From positions 2,930 through 66,929 of the forward strand of contig JBNKTL010000009.1 of assembly GCA_050298055.1 (NCBI GenBank): a stretch of 64,000 nucleotides of DNA. Reading direction: 5' to 3'. The notes beneath the pieces were generated by a model. It was not told the origin of the DNA and ran no database searches. It saw only the letters and a list, made by a program, of their open reading frames with translations. Positions 35,432 through 45,896 of the stretch are shown one piece after another. Each line of letters opens with the position of its first letter. Positions within the stretch are counted from its first letter, which is position 1. Source of the stretch: Spirochaetota bacterium (GTDB taxonomy: Bacteria; Spirochaetota; UBA4802; UBA5550). The position numbers were made by a program, and so were the translations under genes.

Positions 35432-36784
35432 ATGGGAAAGACAAAAGTTGAAATACTCATTATCGAAGACAACCCGGGGGACGCCCGGCTGATAAGCCTG
35501 CTCCTGGAAGAGTGTTTTGGGAATATCTGCGAAGTCATTCAGTGTGAAAAACTGGGTGACGGGATCAGTAAGTTAGTCGCTCATAAGCATGACCTGGTCC
35601 TTCTCGACCTGAATCTCCCTGACAGTAACGGGCTTAACACCCTGAAAAAATGCCTGGAACCCGGATTTAACGTACCTGTAATTATCCTTACGGGCCTTGA
35701 TGATTATAAAATTGGATCGGAAGCCATAAAGATGGGGGCTGAAGATTTTCTGGTCAAGGACAACCTGAATCACCAGATCATACAGAAATCCATATTCTAT
35801 TCCATAGAACGGTTCAAAATTAAGAATGAACTGAAGATTAAATCCGATGAAGTGGAACAAAAAAGAAAGCAGCTGGACCTGATCCTCAACAAGATGTTTG
35901 ATGCTGTTCTCATAATTGATGACAAGGGGATAATCCGGTATCTCAACAATTCGGCCGTAAAGCTTTTCGGGCATGATACTGCTGACCTTCTCAATACGAA
36001 GTTTCCCTCCTTTGACAATTCCCGGGGGTTGAGTGAGATCCGCATCCAGAACGGAAATAATTCCACCGGTGAAATGCATATCTCCGAAATAAGGTGGGAA
36101 GGGGAAACCATGTCTATCGCCACTATCAGGGACATTACCAAGCGTAAAAAGTCCGAAGAACTGATCAAATCATCACTGAGAGAAAAAGAGATCCTCCTGA
36201 AAGAAATCCATCACAGGGTGAAGAACAATATGCAGATCATCTCAAGCATGCTCTGGCTCCAGCAGAGGAACATTATCAATGAACAGGACAGGATGTATTT
36301 TAATGACAGCAGGCACAGGATCAAGGCCATGGCCATTATCTATGAAAAGCTCTACCAGTCGGATAATTTTGCCGAGATTAACTTCTTTGGATTTATTGAG
36401 GTCCTGATAAATGAACTCAGGGCATCCTATAATCTGGGGAAAAATATTGAATTTGATTTGAATTCCGGTAAAGTCCTTATTGATCTGAATATTGCCATAC
36501 CCCTCAGCCAGATCGTAACCGAACTTATTACCAATTCAATCAAGTATGCCTTTCCCGGTAACAGAAAAGGTGTAATAAAAATTGAATTCAGAGAAAACGG
36601 TCATGAATACTACCTGCATATCGGTGACAACGGTATCGGGCTTCCCGAAGGTTTTCAATACCCGGGGACGGAATCAATCGGTCTGACCCTTGTTGACGCG
36701 TTAATTCAACAGATCCACGGAAATTTGGATTATAAAAGTGAGAATGGGACTCAGTATGAGATAACTTTTGTAAATGGGAAATAA
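35432..36784 (+). CDS. REC-PAS-HisKA_2-HATPase hybrid kinase
   Basis: Receiver (ILIIEDNPGDARL...LVLLDLNLPDSNG...FLVKD); PAC TIRDITKRKKSEE; HisKA_2 H-box EIHHRVKNNMQIISSMLWLQ; ATPase ELITNSIKYAFP...IGDNGIGLP. Confidence 0.85.
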   Translation: MGKTKVEILIIEDNPGDARLISLLLEECFGNICEVIQCEKLGDGISKLVAHKHDLVLLDLNLPDSNGLNTLKKCLEPGFNVPVIILTGLDDYKIGSEAIKMGAEDFLVKDNLNHQIIQKSIFYSIERFKIKNELKIKSDEVEQKRKQLDLILNKMFDAVLIIDDKGIIRYLNNSAVKLFGHDTADLLNTKFPSFDNSRGLSEIRIQNGNNSTGEMHISEIRWEGETMSIATIRDITKRKKSEELIKSSLREKEILLKEIHHRVKNNMQIISSMLWLQQRNIINEQDRMYFNDSRHRIKAMAIIYEKLYQSDNFAEINFFGFIEVLINELRASYNLGKNIEFDLNSGKVLIDLNIAIPLSQIVTELITNSIKYAFPGNRKGVIKIEFRENGHEYYLHIGDNGIGLPEGFQYPGTESIGLTLVDALIQQIHGNLDYKSENGTQYEITFVNGK

Positions 36785-36828
36785 AATGTTACGACTCATT
36801 TCTCTGGGTAACAATAATGTATTTATAA

Positions 36829-36900
36829 AAAATATCAATACTATGCCCCCGCCGCCTTGGCGGCGGGGGCATATCAGTTTTGTTTTTTAATGAATATGAT
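36829..36900 (+). terminator. GC hairpin plus T run (intrinsic-terminator-like), copy A of a repeat family
   Basis: AAAATATCA-N7-ATGCCCCCGCCGCC-TTGG-CGGCGGGGGCAT-ATCAGTTTTGTTTTTTAATGAATATGAT. About 85% identical over ~72 nt to 42763-42835. Confidence 0.6.
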
Positions 36901-36933
36901 CTTTTATATAAAGCAGGAACAATAAACTGAGTT

Positions 36934-38283
36934 ATGGCTGATAAAAAAAAGGTGCTCATTGTTGAAGATTCACAGGTTGTGGTGCTTGAGCTCATGGAGA
37001 GACTGAAGAGTAAGGATTATGAGATTGTCGGTTCTGCCGCCACCGGGGAAAGAGCCATTGAACTTGCCCGTGAAAAGGGCCCTGATCTTATCCTTATGGA
37101 TATCATGCTTGAAGATGATGTAAGCGGTATAGAAGCAGCCGGTGAGATCCAGAAATTCTCCGATGTGCCGGTCATATATACAACGGCTTATTCCGACGAT
37201 GAGACCCTGAACGATCTGGAAAAAACCAATCCCTACGCGTATCTCAAGAAACCGTATGATGACAGGGAGCTCTCAACGGCCATCACCCTGGCCCTTGACC
37301 GGTACGAAAACGCGAAAAAACTCAAGGCAAGTGAACAGAAGTACAGGTCGCTCTTTGATAACTCCAGAGACGCAATCTATATTACGGATAAAAATGGCAG
37401 GCTCCTCAATACGAACAGGTCATTTACCGAGCTTTTCGGTATCAATTCGGGGAATCCCGGGGAACAACAGATCTCGGATATTTTCCATAATACGGATGAT
37501 ATGCTGAACCAGCAGCTGGACATGGATGAGCAGGGATTTTCACAGGACCAGATCTTTGAGATGATCGCCGGGGACAAAAATCTCATCCAGTGCCAGGTAA
37601 CGTCATCAAAGCTGTTTAATGAGGAAAATGAACATACAGGTTACCAGGGAATTATCAGGGACGTAACGTATATCAGCAACTTTATTAAAAGCCAGCATGA
37701 TATGATCCTGAAAATGGTTGAGGCCCTTGCTCATGTTGTGGAAGCCAGGGACCCTTATACTGCGGGCCACCAGAGACGTGTAGCGGCCATTTCAAAGATG
37801 ATCGCCAGAGAGCTGGATTTCCCCGACGACAGAATTGAGAAGCTTGAAATGGCCGCCATGATACATGACCTGGGGAAAATCCGGGTTCCCGCGGAAATAC
37901 TGACGAAACCCACCCGGCTTGATCACAATGAATACCAGATAATACAGATGCATCCCCGGGTTGGCTACGATATCATCAAGGAGATTGATTTTAACTTCCC
38001 CCTTGCTGATATCATCCTCCAGCACCATGAGAGATGTGACGGTTCCGGGTACCCCGGCGGATTGAAGAAAAATGAAATATTAATGGAAGCAAGAATTATT
38101 ACCGTTGCCGATGTGGTTGAAGCAATGGCATCGCACAGGCCTTACAGGGCGTCCCTGGGTCCCGGTAAAGCAAGGGAGGAGATAAAATCCAAGGGGGGGA
38201 GACTCTATGATCCGGATGTGGTCGGGGCCTTTTTCCGTGTATTTTATTCGGATGAAGAACTGGTAGAAATCTTAGAGTTATGA
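36934..38283 (+). CDS. REC-PAS-HD-GYP c-di-GMP phosphodiesterase (catalytic motifs intact)
   Basis: Receiver (VLIVEDSQVV...LILMDIMLEDDVSG...YLKKP), a PAS unit, and HD-GYP with GHQRRV, MIHDLGK, HHERCDGSGYPGG and ADVVEAMASHRPYR. Confidence 0.85.
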   Translation: MADKKKVLIVEDSQVVVLELMERLKSKDYEIVGSAATGERAIELAREKGPDLILMDIMLEDDVSGIEAAGEIQKFSDVPVIYTTAYSDDETLNDLEKTNPYAYLKKPYDDRELSTAITLALDRYENAKKLKASEQKYRSLFDNSRDAIYITDKNGRLLNTNRSFTELFGINSGNPGEQQISDIFHNTDDMLNQQLDMDEQGFSQDQIFEMIAGDKNLIQCQVTSSKLFNEENEHTGYQGIIRDVTYISNFIKSQHDMILKMVEALAHVVEARDPYTAGHQRRVAAISKMIARELDFPDDRIEKLEMAAMIHDLGKIRVPAEILTKPTRLDHNEYQIIQMHPRVGYDIIKEIDFNFPLADIILQHHERCDGSGYPGGLKKNEILMEARIITVADVVEAMASHRPYRASLGPGKAREEIKSKGGRLYDPDVVGAFFRVFYSDEELVEILEL

Positions 38284-40679
38284 CAGATCAAAAAAGTAAT
38301 AATATAATGAATATAAAACAGAGTATTCTCATTGTTGAGGACTCCTATTCAACATACCTCTTTTTAAAGGTCCTGCTGGAAGAAAATAACTATCATGTCT
38401 TTAAGTGCGTAAGCGCCGGTGAAGACGTCTACGATTTTGTAAAGGAGAACCGGCCCGATTATATCCTCATGGATATTCTTCTTGAGAAGAAAATGGACGG
38501 TATCACTGCCGCCCGGCTGGTCCTGAAGGATTATGACATACCTGTTATATTTGTCACGGCAAATACCGATGATACAAACCTGAACAATGCCGTATTGACT
38601 GCCCCATACGGTTTTATCGTAAAACCGATCAATGAGAAAGAACTCCTTACGGTTATCAAGACGGCGGAATACAGGTTCAAAATTAAAAGAGAGCTTATTG
38701 AAAAGGAGAGAAAGTACCGGTCCCTCTTTGAAAACATGTATGATGCCTTTATTTACCTGAAACTTGAGAGGAGTGAGTCACACGGCGAGAATGATTTTAT
38801 TATCCTGGAAGTTAACGAGGCCTTTAAAAAGATGTTTCAGATCAAATCGGCCGATGTTCTTGGCCATAATGTCAGAGAAATCTATCCTGAAATAGAGACT
38901 CTTTATCCGGACTGGAGAAATGTTCTTTCAAAGATAGCAATAAACAATGAGTCATTAAAAACGAGCGCCTATATAGACGGTCTGAGCAGGTGGTTTAACT
39001 TCTCACTCTATTGTCCGAAACAGGATTTTATCTCAATTATATTCGAAGATATTACGGAAAGAGTATTGATTGAGAATTCCCTGAAAGAAAATGAAGAGAA
39101 ATTCCGGTCAATTACCACAACAGCAAATGATGCCATTGTTATGATGGATGATGAAGGCCGGGTAAGGTTCTGGAACAGATCGGCGGAGAAGATATTCGGA
39201 TATACGGAGGGTGAAGTCATGGGCAGGAGCCTGCATGACGTCATTATTTTCGGTAAAAATATTCAGGGACATCTTGACGGCTTGGATAAATGGAGGACTT
39301 CAGGCAAAGGTGAAAATATTGGGAAAACCGTAACGATGCCGGCCGTCAGGAAGGACGGTAGGGACCTCTATGTGGAACTCTCTTTATCATCTGTTATGCT
39401 GAAAAAGAGATGGAACGCCATGGCAATTATCCGTGACATTACCGAGAGGAAGGAAACAGAGGAGAAGCTGAGTAAAGCCCATAACGAGATTAAAAGCCTG
39501 CTCCGATCGATAGATTCCCTGATCATCGGGGTTTCGTTGAATGACAGGATAACACACTGGAACAAGGTGGCTGAAAAGCTGTTTGACCTGAAAAGTGAAA
39601 AAACTATTGGATTAAAAATGTCCGAAATTCCCATTAATTGGGACTGGGACAGGATTTTCGAAGGCATCAGCAGCAGTATTGTTTATAATAAACCGGTGAT
39701 GGCAGCCGATATTAAATATGAATCCCGGGATAAAACCAGCAGGTACCTCGATATTTCTATTAATCCCACAAAGGACCCCGACGGAATTTTTAACGGGTTC
39801 ATCCTTTACGGCAATGATATTACCGAAAGAAAAACAATGAACATGCAGCTCCTGCAGGACCAGAAGCTCAAATCTATCGGTGAACTTGCCGCCGGGATTG
39901 CCCATGAAATAAAGACTCCCACCCAGTATCTCAATGACAATATGATATTTCTCAATGAAGCGCTCAGTAAATTGAAATGCTTCTATGATGAAACCAGGGA
40001 TGTGATCGAAAAATCAAAAAAGAACAACCCGGGTTTCGGGGAACTGCGGGAACTGTTAAAACTGGAAAATATCATTAAAGAAAACGACCTGGACTATTTG
40101 ATGGATGAAGCTCCCGTTGCCATTAACCAGTCAATGGAGGGGATAAAAAGGATTTCAAAAATTGTGAATTCAATGAAGAGCTTCTCTCATCCCGGTATTG
40201 AGAATAAGGTCCCCCAGGACCTGAACAAGGCCATTAATGATACTATCATAATATCCAGGAATGAATGGAAGTATCATTCGGACATTGAAACCGACCTTGA
40301 TGAGCGGATCAATGAGATATACTGCTATCCCGCGGAACTGAACCAGGTCCTGCTGAATATTATTGTCAACGCGTCACAGGCCATCGGTGAGGCAATTGAA
40401 AATCAGAGCATTGAGAGGGGTAAAATAAATATTTCCACAAAGAAGATAAACGGGAGAATTGAGATTATAATCAAAGACAACGGTCCCGGTATACCCGAGG
40501 AGATAAAAGAGAAGATCTTTACGCCTTTTTTTACCACGAAAGAGATTGGCAAAGGAACGGGACAGGGCCTTGCTATTGCCCATTCGGTTATTGTCAATAA
40601 GCATAACGGGAAAATCAACGTAAAGTCAGAACCGGGGAAATGGACCGAATTCATTATCTCACTTCCGGCCGGGAAATAA
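38280..40679 (+). CDS. hybrid kinase: REC-(PAS)x3-4-HisKA-HATPase
   Basis: Receiver (ILIVEDSYS...YILMDILLEKKMDG...FIVKP); PAC motifs (FEDITERVLIE, IRDITERKETEE, GNDITERKTMN); H-box ELAAGIAHEIKTPTQY; ATPase NIIVNASQA, KDNGPGIP, GTGQGLA. ATGA overlap with the upstream gene. Confidence 0.85.
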   Translation: MTDQKSNNIMNIKQSILIVEDSYSTYLFLKVLLEENNYHVFKCVSAGEDVYDFVKENRPDYILMDILLEKKMDGITAARLVLKDYDIPVIFVTANTDDTNLNNAVLTAPYGFIVKPINEKELLTVIKTAEYRFKIKRELIEKERKYRSLFENMYDAFIYLKLERSESHGENDFIILEVNEAFKKMFQIKSADVLGHNVREIYPEIETLYPDWRNVLSKIAINNESLKTSAYIDGLSRWFNFSLYCPKQDFISIIFEDITERVLIENSLKENEEKFRSITTTANDAIVMMDDEGRVRFWNRSAEKIFGYTEGEVMGRSLHDVIIFGKNIQGHLDGLDKWRTSGKGENIGKTVTMPAVRKDGRDLYVELSLSSVMLKKRWNAMAIIRDITERKETEEKLSKAHNEIKSLLRSIDSLIIGVSLNDRITHWNKVAEKLFDLKSEKTIGLKMSEIPINWDWDRIFEGISSSIVYNKPVMAADIKYESRDKTSRYLDISINPTKDPDGIFNGFILYGNDITERKTMNMQLLQDQKLKSIGELAAGIAHEIKTPTQYLNDNMIFLNEALSKLKCFYDETRDVIEKSKKNNPGFGELRELLKLENIIKENDLDYLMDEAPVAINQSMEGIKRISKIVNSMKSFSHPGIENKVPQDLNKAINDTIIISRNEWKYHSDIETDLDERINEIYCYPAELNQVLLNIIVNASQAIGEAIENQSIERGKINISTKKINGRIEIIIKDNGPGIPEEIKEKIFTPFFTTKEIGKGTGQGLAIAHSVIVNKHNGKINVKSEPGKWTEFIISLPAGK

Positions 40680-40682
40680 AAT

Positions 40683-42104
40683 ATGGAAATAAAAAGTCTT
40701 CGCAAAAGAATTTATCTGCCGGTTTTATTTCTTTCCCTTGTCCTGATTAGTGTCTCAACAATAAGTATAAATTTCATTTCCGGCTATCCGTCAAACGGAG
40801 TTAAAGCAACGTATATTCTCCTGATTGTTCTTGTGTCGGCTTTCCTGCTTCTGTTCTTCTGGAAATATTGCGGGAAGATCGAAAATGAAATATACGGCAC
40901 ACAGGGCATGAATGAATCAATTTTATCCGCAGTAACAAACCCGATGATGCTTATTGATGTTGATTATATGGTCATGAACTTCAACAGGTATGCTGAAGAA
41001 TTGTTAGAAACGGGACCCGCAGGTATCAATGAGAAAAACCTGTTTGAAAGGGATATTCCCTGGGATGCCGGGAAAGTCCATGAGATTCTCGAAGCAACAA
41101 AAAAATCTCACAAACCCTTAAAGGGCCATGAGATTGTTTTCAGTAAAGACAGAACCATGGGGATATCGGTCTATCCCATTAATGATTCTCAGGGAAAGAT
41201 ATCAGGTTTCATATTAATGGGTTCGGATATTACCGAGAAGAAAAAATATGAAAACAAGAAAAATATTGAACAAAAACTTGTCTCCCTGGGAGAACTCTCC
41301 GCGGGAGTGGCCCATGAGATCAACACACCGTCCCAGTATATCATCAGCAACCTCGATTTTCTTAAAAGATCCATGGAAGATGTCCGGGACCTCTATAAAA
41401 AACTGGTGACTTTCCTCAACTGCTATAAATCCGGGAATATCCTGAAAAAAAAACAGCTGAATGGTCTTTCCGAATATATCAGTACAAAAGAAATTGATTA
41501 TCTCTTCAGTGAAATTCCGGGGGCCATAAACCAGTCCCTTGAAGGGATGGACCGCATAACAAAAATCGTAAAATCCATGAAAAGCCTTGCCCGGCATGAC
41601 GGGGGGGAAAAAATTCAGGTCAATATAAATGAGATGATTGAAGATGTCATCACAATATCGAGGAACGAATGGAAATATTCCGCCCAATTAAAATCTGACC
41701 TGGATTATAATCTTCAGGAAATAGTCTGCAATCCCGTAGAGATAAACCAGGTCATATTGGAACTGATAATGAATTCAACTTACGCCATATCGCAAAAAAT
41801 AAAAACCGGGACTTATGAGAAGGGTGTGATTGAGATCTCCACTTGCAGGGAAGACGGCATGGCAATGATAACGGTCAAGGATGACGGGACGGGAATACCG
41901 GATGAGGTAAAAAACAGGGTCTTTGATCCCTTTTTTACAACAAGGGATGTAGGAGAAGGAACAGGCAGCGGTCTTTCATATGTCTATACAGCTGTCGTGA
42001 GAAGTCATGGAGGATCAATTGACATCAATTCCGGTGAAAAGGGCGGAACTGAATTTATAATAAGACTGCCTGTGTCAGGAGAAATTAAAGATAATGAGCA
42101 ATGA
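40683..42104 (+). CDS. membrane sensor histidine kinase: 2 TM-PAS-HisKA-HATPase (paralogue of the 38280 transmitter)
   Basis: Two N-terminal TM segments; PAC GSDITEKKKYEN; H-box ELSAGVAHEINTPSQY; DHp linker EIDYLFSEIPGAINQSLEGMDRITKIVKSMKSLA parallels the 38280 protein; ATPase KDDGTGIP, GTGSGLS. Confidence 0.85.
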   Translation: MEIKSLRKRIYLPVLFLSLVLISVSTISINFISGYPSNGVKATYILLIVLVSAFLLLFFWKYCGKIENEIYGTQGMNESILSAVTNPMMLIDVDYMVMNFNRYAEELLETGPAGINEKNLFERDIPWDAGKVHEILEATKKSHKPLKGHEIVFSKDRTMGISVYPINDSQGKISGFILMGSDITEKKKYENKKNIEQKLVSLGELSAGVAHEINTPSQYIISNLDFLKRSMEDVRDLYKKLVTFLNCYKSGNILKKKQLNGLSEYISTKEIDYLFSEIPGAINQSLEGMDRITKIVKSMKSLARHDGGEKIQVNINEMIEDVITISRNEWKYSAQLKSDLDYNLQEIVCNPVEINQVILELIMNSTYAISQKIKTGTYEKGVIEISTCREDGMAMITVKDDGTGIPDEVKNRVFDPFFTTRDVGEGTGSGLSYVYTAVVRSHGGSIDINSGEKGGTEFIIRLPVSGEIKDNEQ

Positions 42105-42154
42105 TTATTGTTCGGACAGTTCCGGTGTTTTATTTATTTTCGGTGAGCAAAACC

Positions 42155-42310
42155 CAAATATCGTTCATCCCCCGTCGATGGTGGCGGGGCCGGTTATAAT
42201 AATTATTATTCAGAGAGGGCTAATATTTTATTTATTTCTGGGAAGCAATGTATAAATATCTTTCTTCCCCCGCCTTCGGCGGGGGAAGAACCCATTATTT
42301 GAATTATTAT
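42155..42310 (+). repeat. two tandem, diverged copies of the AAATATC-hairpin repeat family
   Basis: AAATATCGTTCATCCCCCGTCGATGGTGGCGGGG...AATTATTATTC (from 42155) and AAATATCTTTCTTCCCCCGCC-TTCG-GCGGGGGAAGAA...AATTATTATTC (from 42254; perfect hairpin at 42263-42290). Confidence 0.45.
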
Positions 42311-42367
42311 TCGGGAAAAAATTAATTAATACTTGTTGTTACTAAAAATATCCGTAAAATATTAATT

Positions 42368-42721
42368 ATGAAAAAGAAAATATTATTTGTGGATGACGAA
42401 AGAAACCTTCTGGACAGCTTAAAGAGGAGCCTGAGGAGCTTCGCAGGTGAATGGTCCATGGAATTTACAGACTCCGGTGAGAAGGCAATGAACCTCATGG
42501 AGAGGGAAAAGTTCGATATAATCGTATCGGATTACAAGATGCCCGGGATGGACGGACTTGAACTACTGAAAATCGTAAAGGAAAACCATCCGGGCACAAA
42601 GAGAATTCTGCTTACAGGACAGTCGGATTCTGAAATTTATGACATATCAAAGGAAATCGTAGATCAGTATTTATCCAAACCCTGTGATCATGATGAACTG
42701 GTTTCTTTATTAAAAGAATAA
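42368..42721 (+). CDS. stand-alone receiver
   Basis: ILFVDDERNLLDSL...DIIVSDYKMPGMDG...RILLTGQSD...YLSKP. Confidence 0.85.
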   Translation: MKKKILFVDDERNLLDSLKRSLRSFAGEWSMEFTDSGEKAMNLMEREKFDIIVSDYKMPGMDGLELLKIVKENHPGTKRILLTGQSDSEIYDISKEIVDQYLSKPCDHDELVSLLKE

Positions 42722-42762
42722 ATGTAACTACTTAGCTGTATGGATAAAAAAACCTGTTTACT

Positions 42763-42835
42763 AAAATATCAGCAAGATGTCCCCGCCGCTTTCGGCGGCG
42801 GGGACATCTCAGTTCTGTTTTTTAATGAATATGAT
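42763..42835 (+). terminator. GC hairpin plus T run, copy B of the repeat family
   Basis: AAAATATCA-N7-ATGTCCCCGCCGC-TTTC-GGCGGCGGGGACAT-CTCAGTTCTGTTTTTTAATGAATATGAT. The stem carries a compensatory C:G to T:A change relative to copy A. Confidence 0.6.
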
Positions 42836-42873
42836 TATCCTTACACATACTGGAGAATAAAAGGGGAACATCC

Positions 42874-44028
42874 ATGACTGACAAGATCTTAATTGTTGAT
42901 GACGAAGAAAACATTCTCTCAAGTATCAGAAGGCAGTTACGGGGGAAATATGATCTGACTACGGCAGTGTCCGGCAGGGCCGCGTTAAAAATTCTGGATG
43001 CTTCAAAAAAATTTTCCGTTGTCATGTCAGACTACAAGATGCCGGAGATGAACGGCGCCCAGCTGCTGGCTGAAGTAAAGACAAGGGCTCCCGATACCGT
43101 GAGGATGATGCTCACCGGCCAGGCGGATATGGAAGCCGTGGTAAATGTCATTAATGAAGGGAGTATCTTCAGGTTTCTTACAAAGCCCTGTCCATCGGAA
43201 CTCCTGGTAAAGAACATCGATGAAGGCATCAGGCAGTTTAAACTCATCAACGCGGAAAAGGAGCTCCTTTCAAAAACACTGAGCGGGAGCCTCCAGGTCA
43301 TGACGGATATCCTGGTGCTGGCAAAACCGCAGGCCTTTAACAGAAGTCTCCGGGTGAAGGAAATTGCGAAAAAAATGTTAAAACAGATGAAAATTGAAGC
43401 GGCATGGCAGATAGAGATAGCCGCGATGATCTCACAGATAGGATGTGTCACGGTACCGGACTCTATCCTCAACAAGGTTTACAAGGACCTCAACATTTCC
43501 CATGAGGACAGGGTCATGTACCAGCTCCATACCCAGACAAGCAGCGAGATCATTTCAAAGATCCCGAGAATGGAGAATGTGGCGCAGATAATAGCCTACC
43601 AGGAAAAATATTATAACGGGACCGGTTTCCCCAGCGACGGGGTCAGGGGAGAGGACCTTCCCCTGGGATCACGGATACTCAGGATAGCCATGGACTATGA
43701 CAACCTTATGCAAGCCAACATAAGCAGTGAAGAAGCCATTGAAAAAATCAAGGAGAGAAACGGGTGGTACGACAGAAAACTTGTGGAGGTCCTGGAAAAA
43801 TCACTTACAAAGACCGGCAGCAGGAAGAAATTTTCGATCATGGATATTTCGCTGAAAGAGTTGACCGAAGAGATGTACCTTTCAGAGGAAATTGTAACCG
43901 CATCGGGAGTCATTCTGGGGGGCAGAAACCAGAGAGTCACAAAAACCATGATCGTAACACTGGATAACTATCACAAAAACGGAGAGATAACGGACAGGGT
44001 AAGTGTTTTGAAATATGTTGATGAATAA
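42874..44028 (+). CDS. REC plus degenerate HD-GYP-like domain protein (metal and catalytic residues replaced)
   Basis: Receiver (ILIVDDEENIL...VVMSDYKMPEMNG...MLTGQAD...FLTKP). The HD-GYP-homologous region has SQIG for HDLG, YQEKYYNGTGFP for HHExxDGxGYP and NRSLRV for HxxRV. Confidence 0.8.
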   Translation: MTDKILIVDDEENILSSIRRQLRGKYDLTTAVSGRAALKILDASKKFSVVMSDYKMPEMNGAQLLAEVKTRAPDTVRMMLTGQADMEAVVNVINEGSIFRFLTKPCPSELLVKNIDEGIRQFKLINAEKELLSKTLSGSLQVMTDILVLAKPQAFNRSLRVKEIAKKMLKQMKIEAAWQIEIAAMISQIGCVTVPDSILNKVYKDLNISHEDRVMYQLHTQTSSEIISKIPRMENVAQIIAYQEKYYNGTGFPSDGVRGEDLPLGSRILRIAMDYDNLMQANISSEEAIEKIKERNGWYDRKLVEVLEKSLTKTGSRKKFSIMDISLKELTEEMYLSEEIVTASGVILGGRNQRVTKTMIVTLDNYHKNGEITDRVSVLKYVDE

Positions 44029-44047
44029 ATTTAAAAGAGAGAAATAT

Positions 44048-44076
44048 AATAGCCCCGGGTTTAACCCGGGGCTATT
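44048..44076. terminator. 12-bp perfect hairpin between convergent transcription units
   Basis: AATAGCCCCGGG-TTTAA-CCCGGGGCTATT, between the stop at 44028 (+) and the tRNA 3' end at 44089 (-). Flanks are AT-rich but lack a clean T run. Confidence 0.5.
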
Positions 44077-44088
44077 ATATTTACGATG

Positions 44089-44161
<73 letters not shown>

Positions 44162-44190
44162 AAACAAGAAAGGATGTCTGGCATCCTTAT

Positions 44191-44263
44191 TGAGCCGCCT
44201 GGGACTCGAACCCAGGGCCCACGGCTTAAAAGGCCGTTGCTCTACCAACTGAGCTAGCGGCTC
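44191..44263 (-). tRNA. tRNA-Lys (anticodon UUU), CCA not encoded
   Basis: The reverse complement GAGCCGCTAGCTCAGTTGGTAGAGCAACGGCCTTTTAAGCCGTGGGCCCTGGGTTCGAGTCCCAGGCGGCTCA has a 7-bp acceptor stem, anticodon loop CT-TTT-AA and a TPsiC arm CTGGGTTCGAGTCCCAG. Confidence 0.9.
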
Positions 44264-44360
44264 ACATATTTCTTAAAAAGAGTATTCACTCCCGTCTCAA
44301 AATATGGAATTACCAATTACTGAAAGGTCGCCGGACTGTCAATAAAAATACTGAAAAAAC

Positions 44361-45674
<1,314 letters not shown>

Positions 45675-45896
45675 TTAAAATAACAAGCTTTTTTCTCCAA
45701 ATATCAATGGGATACACGACATAATGAAAGAAATTAATTTTTCACCGGCTAAATTGTCAAGAGAGTGAAACCGATATGTAGATTAAGGGTATTTTCAGCT
45801 TTTTTTTAAGGGAGCTTCTCAATCTGTTTAAAGCTCCTGTGAGGAGAGGGACAGATGTCCTCTCAGATAAATAAAAAACCTGGTAAGTCATAATTA

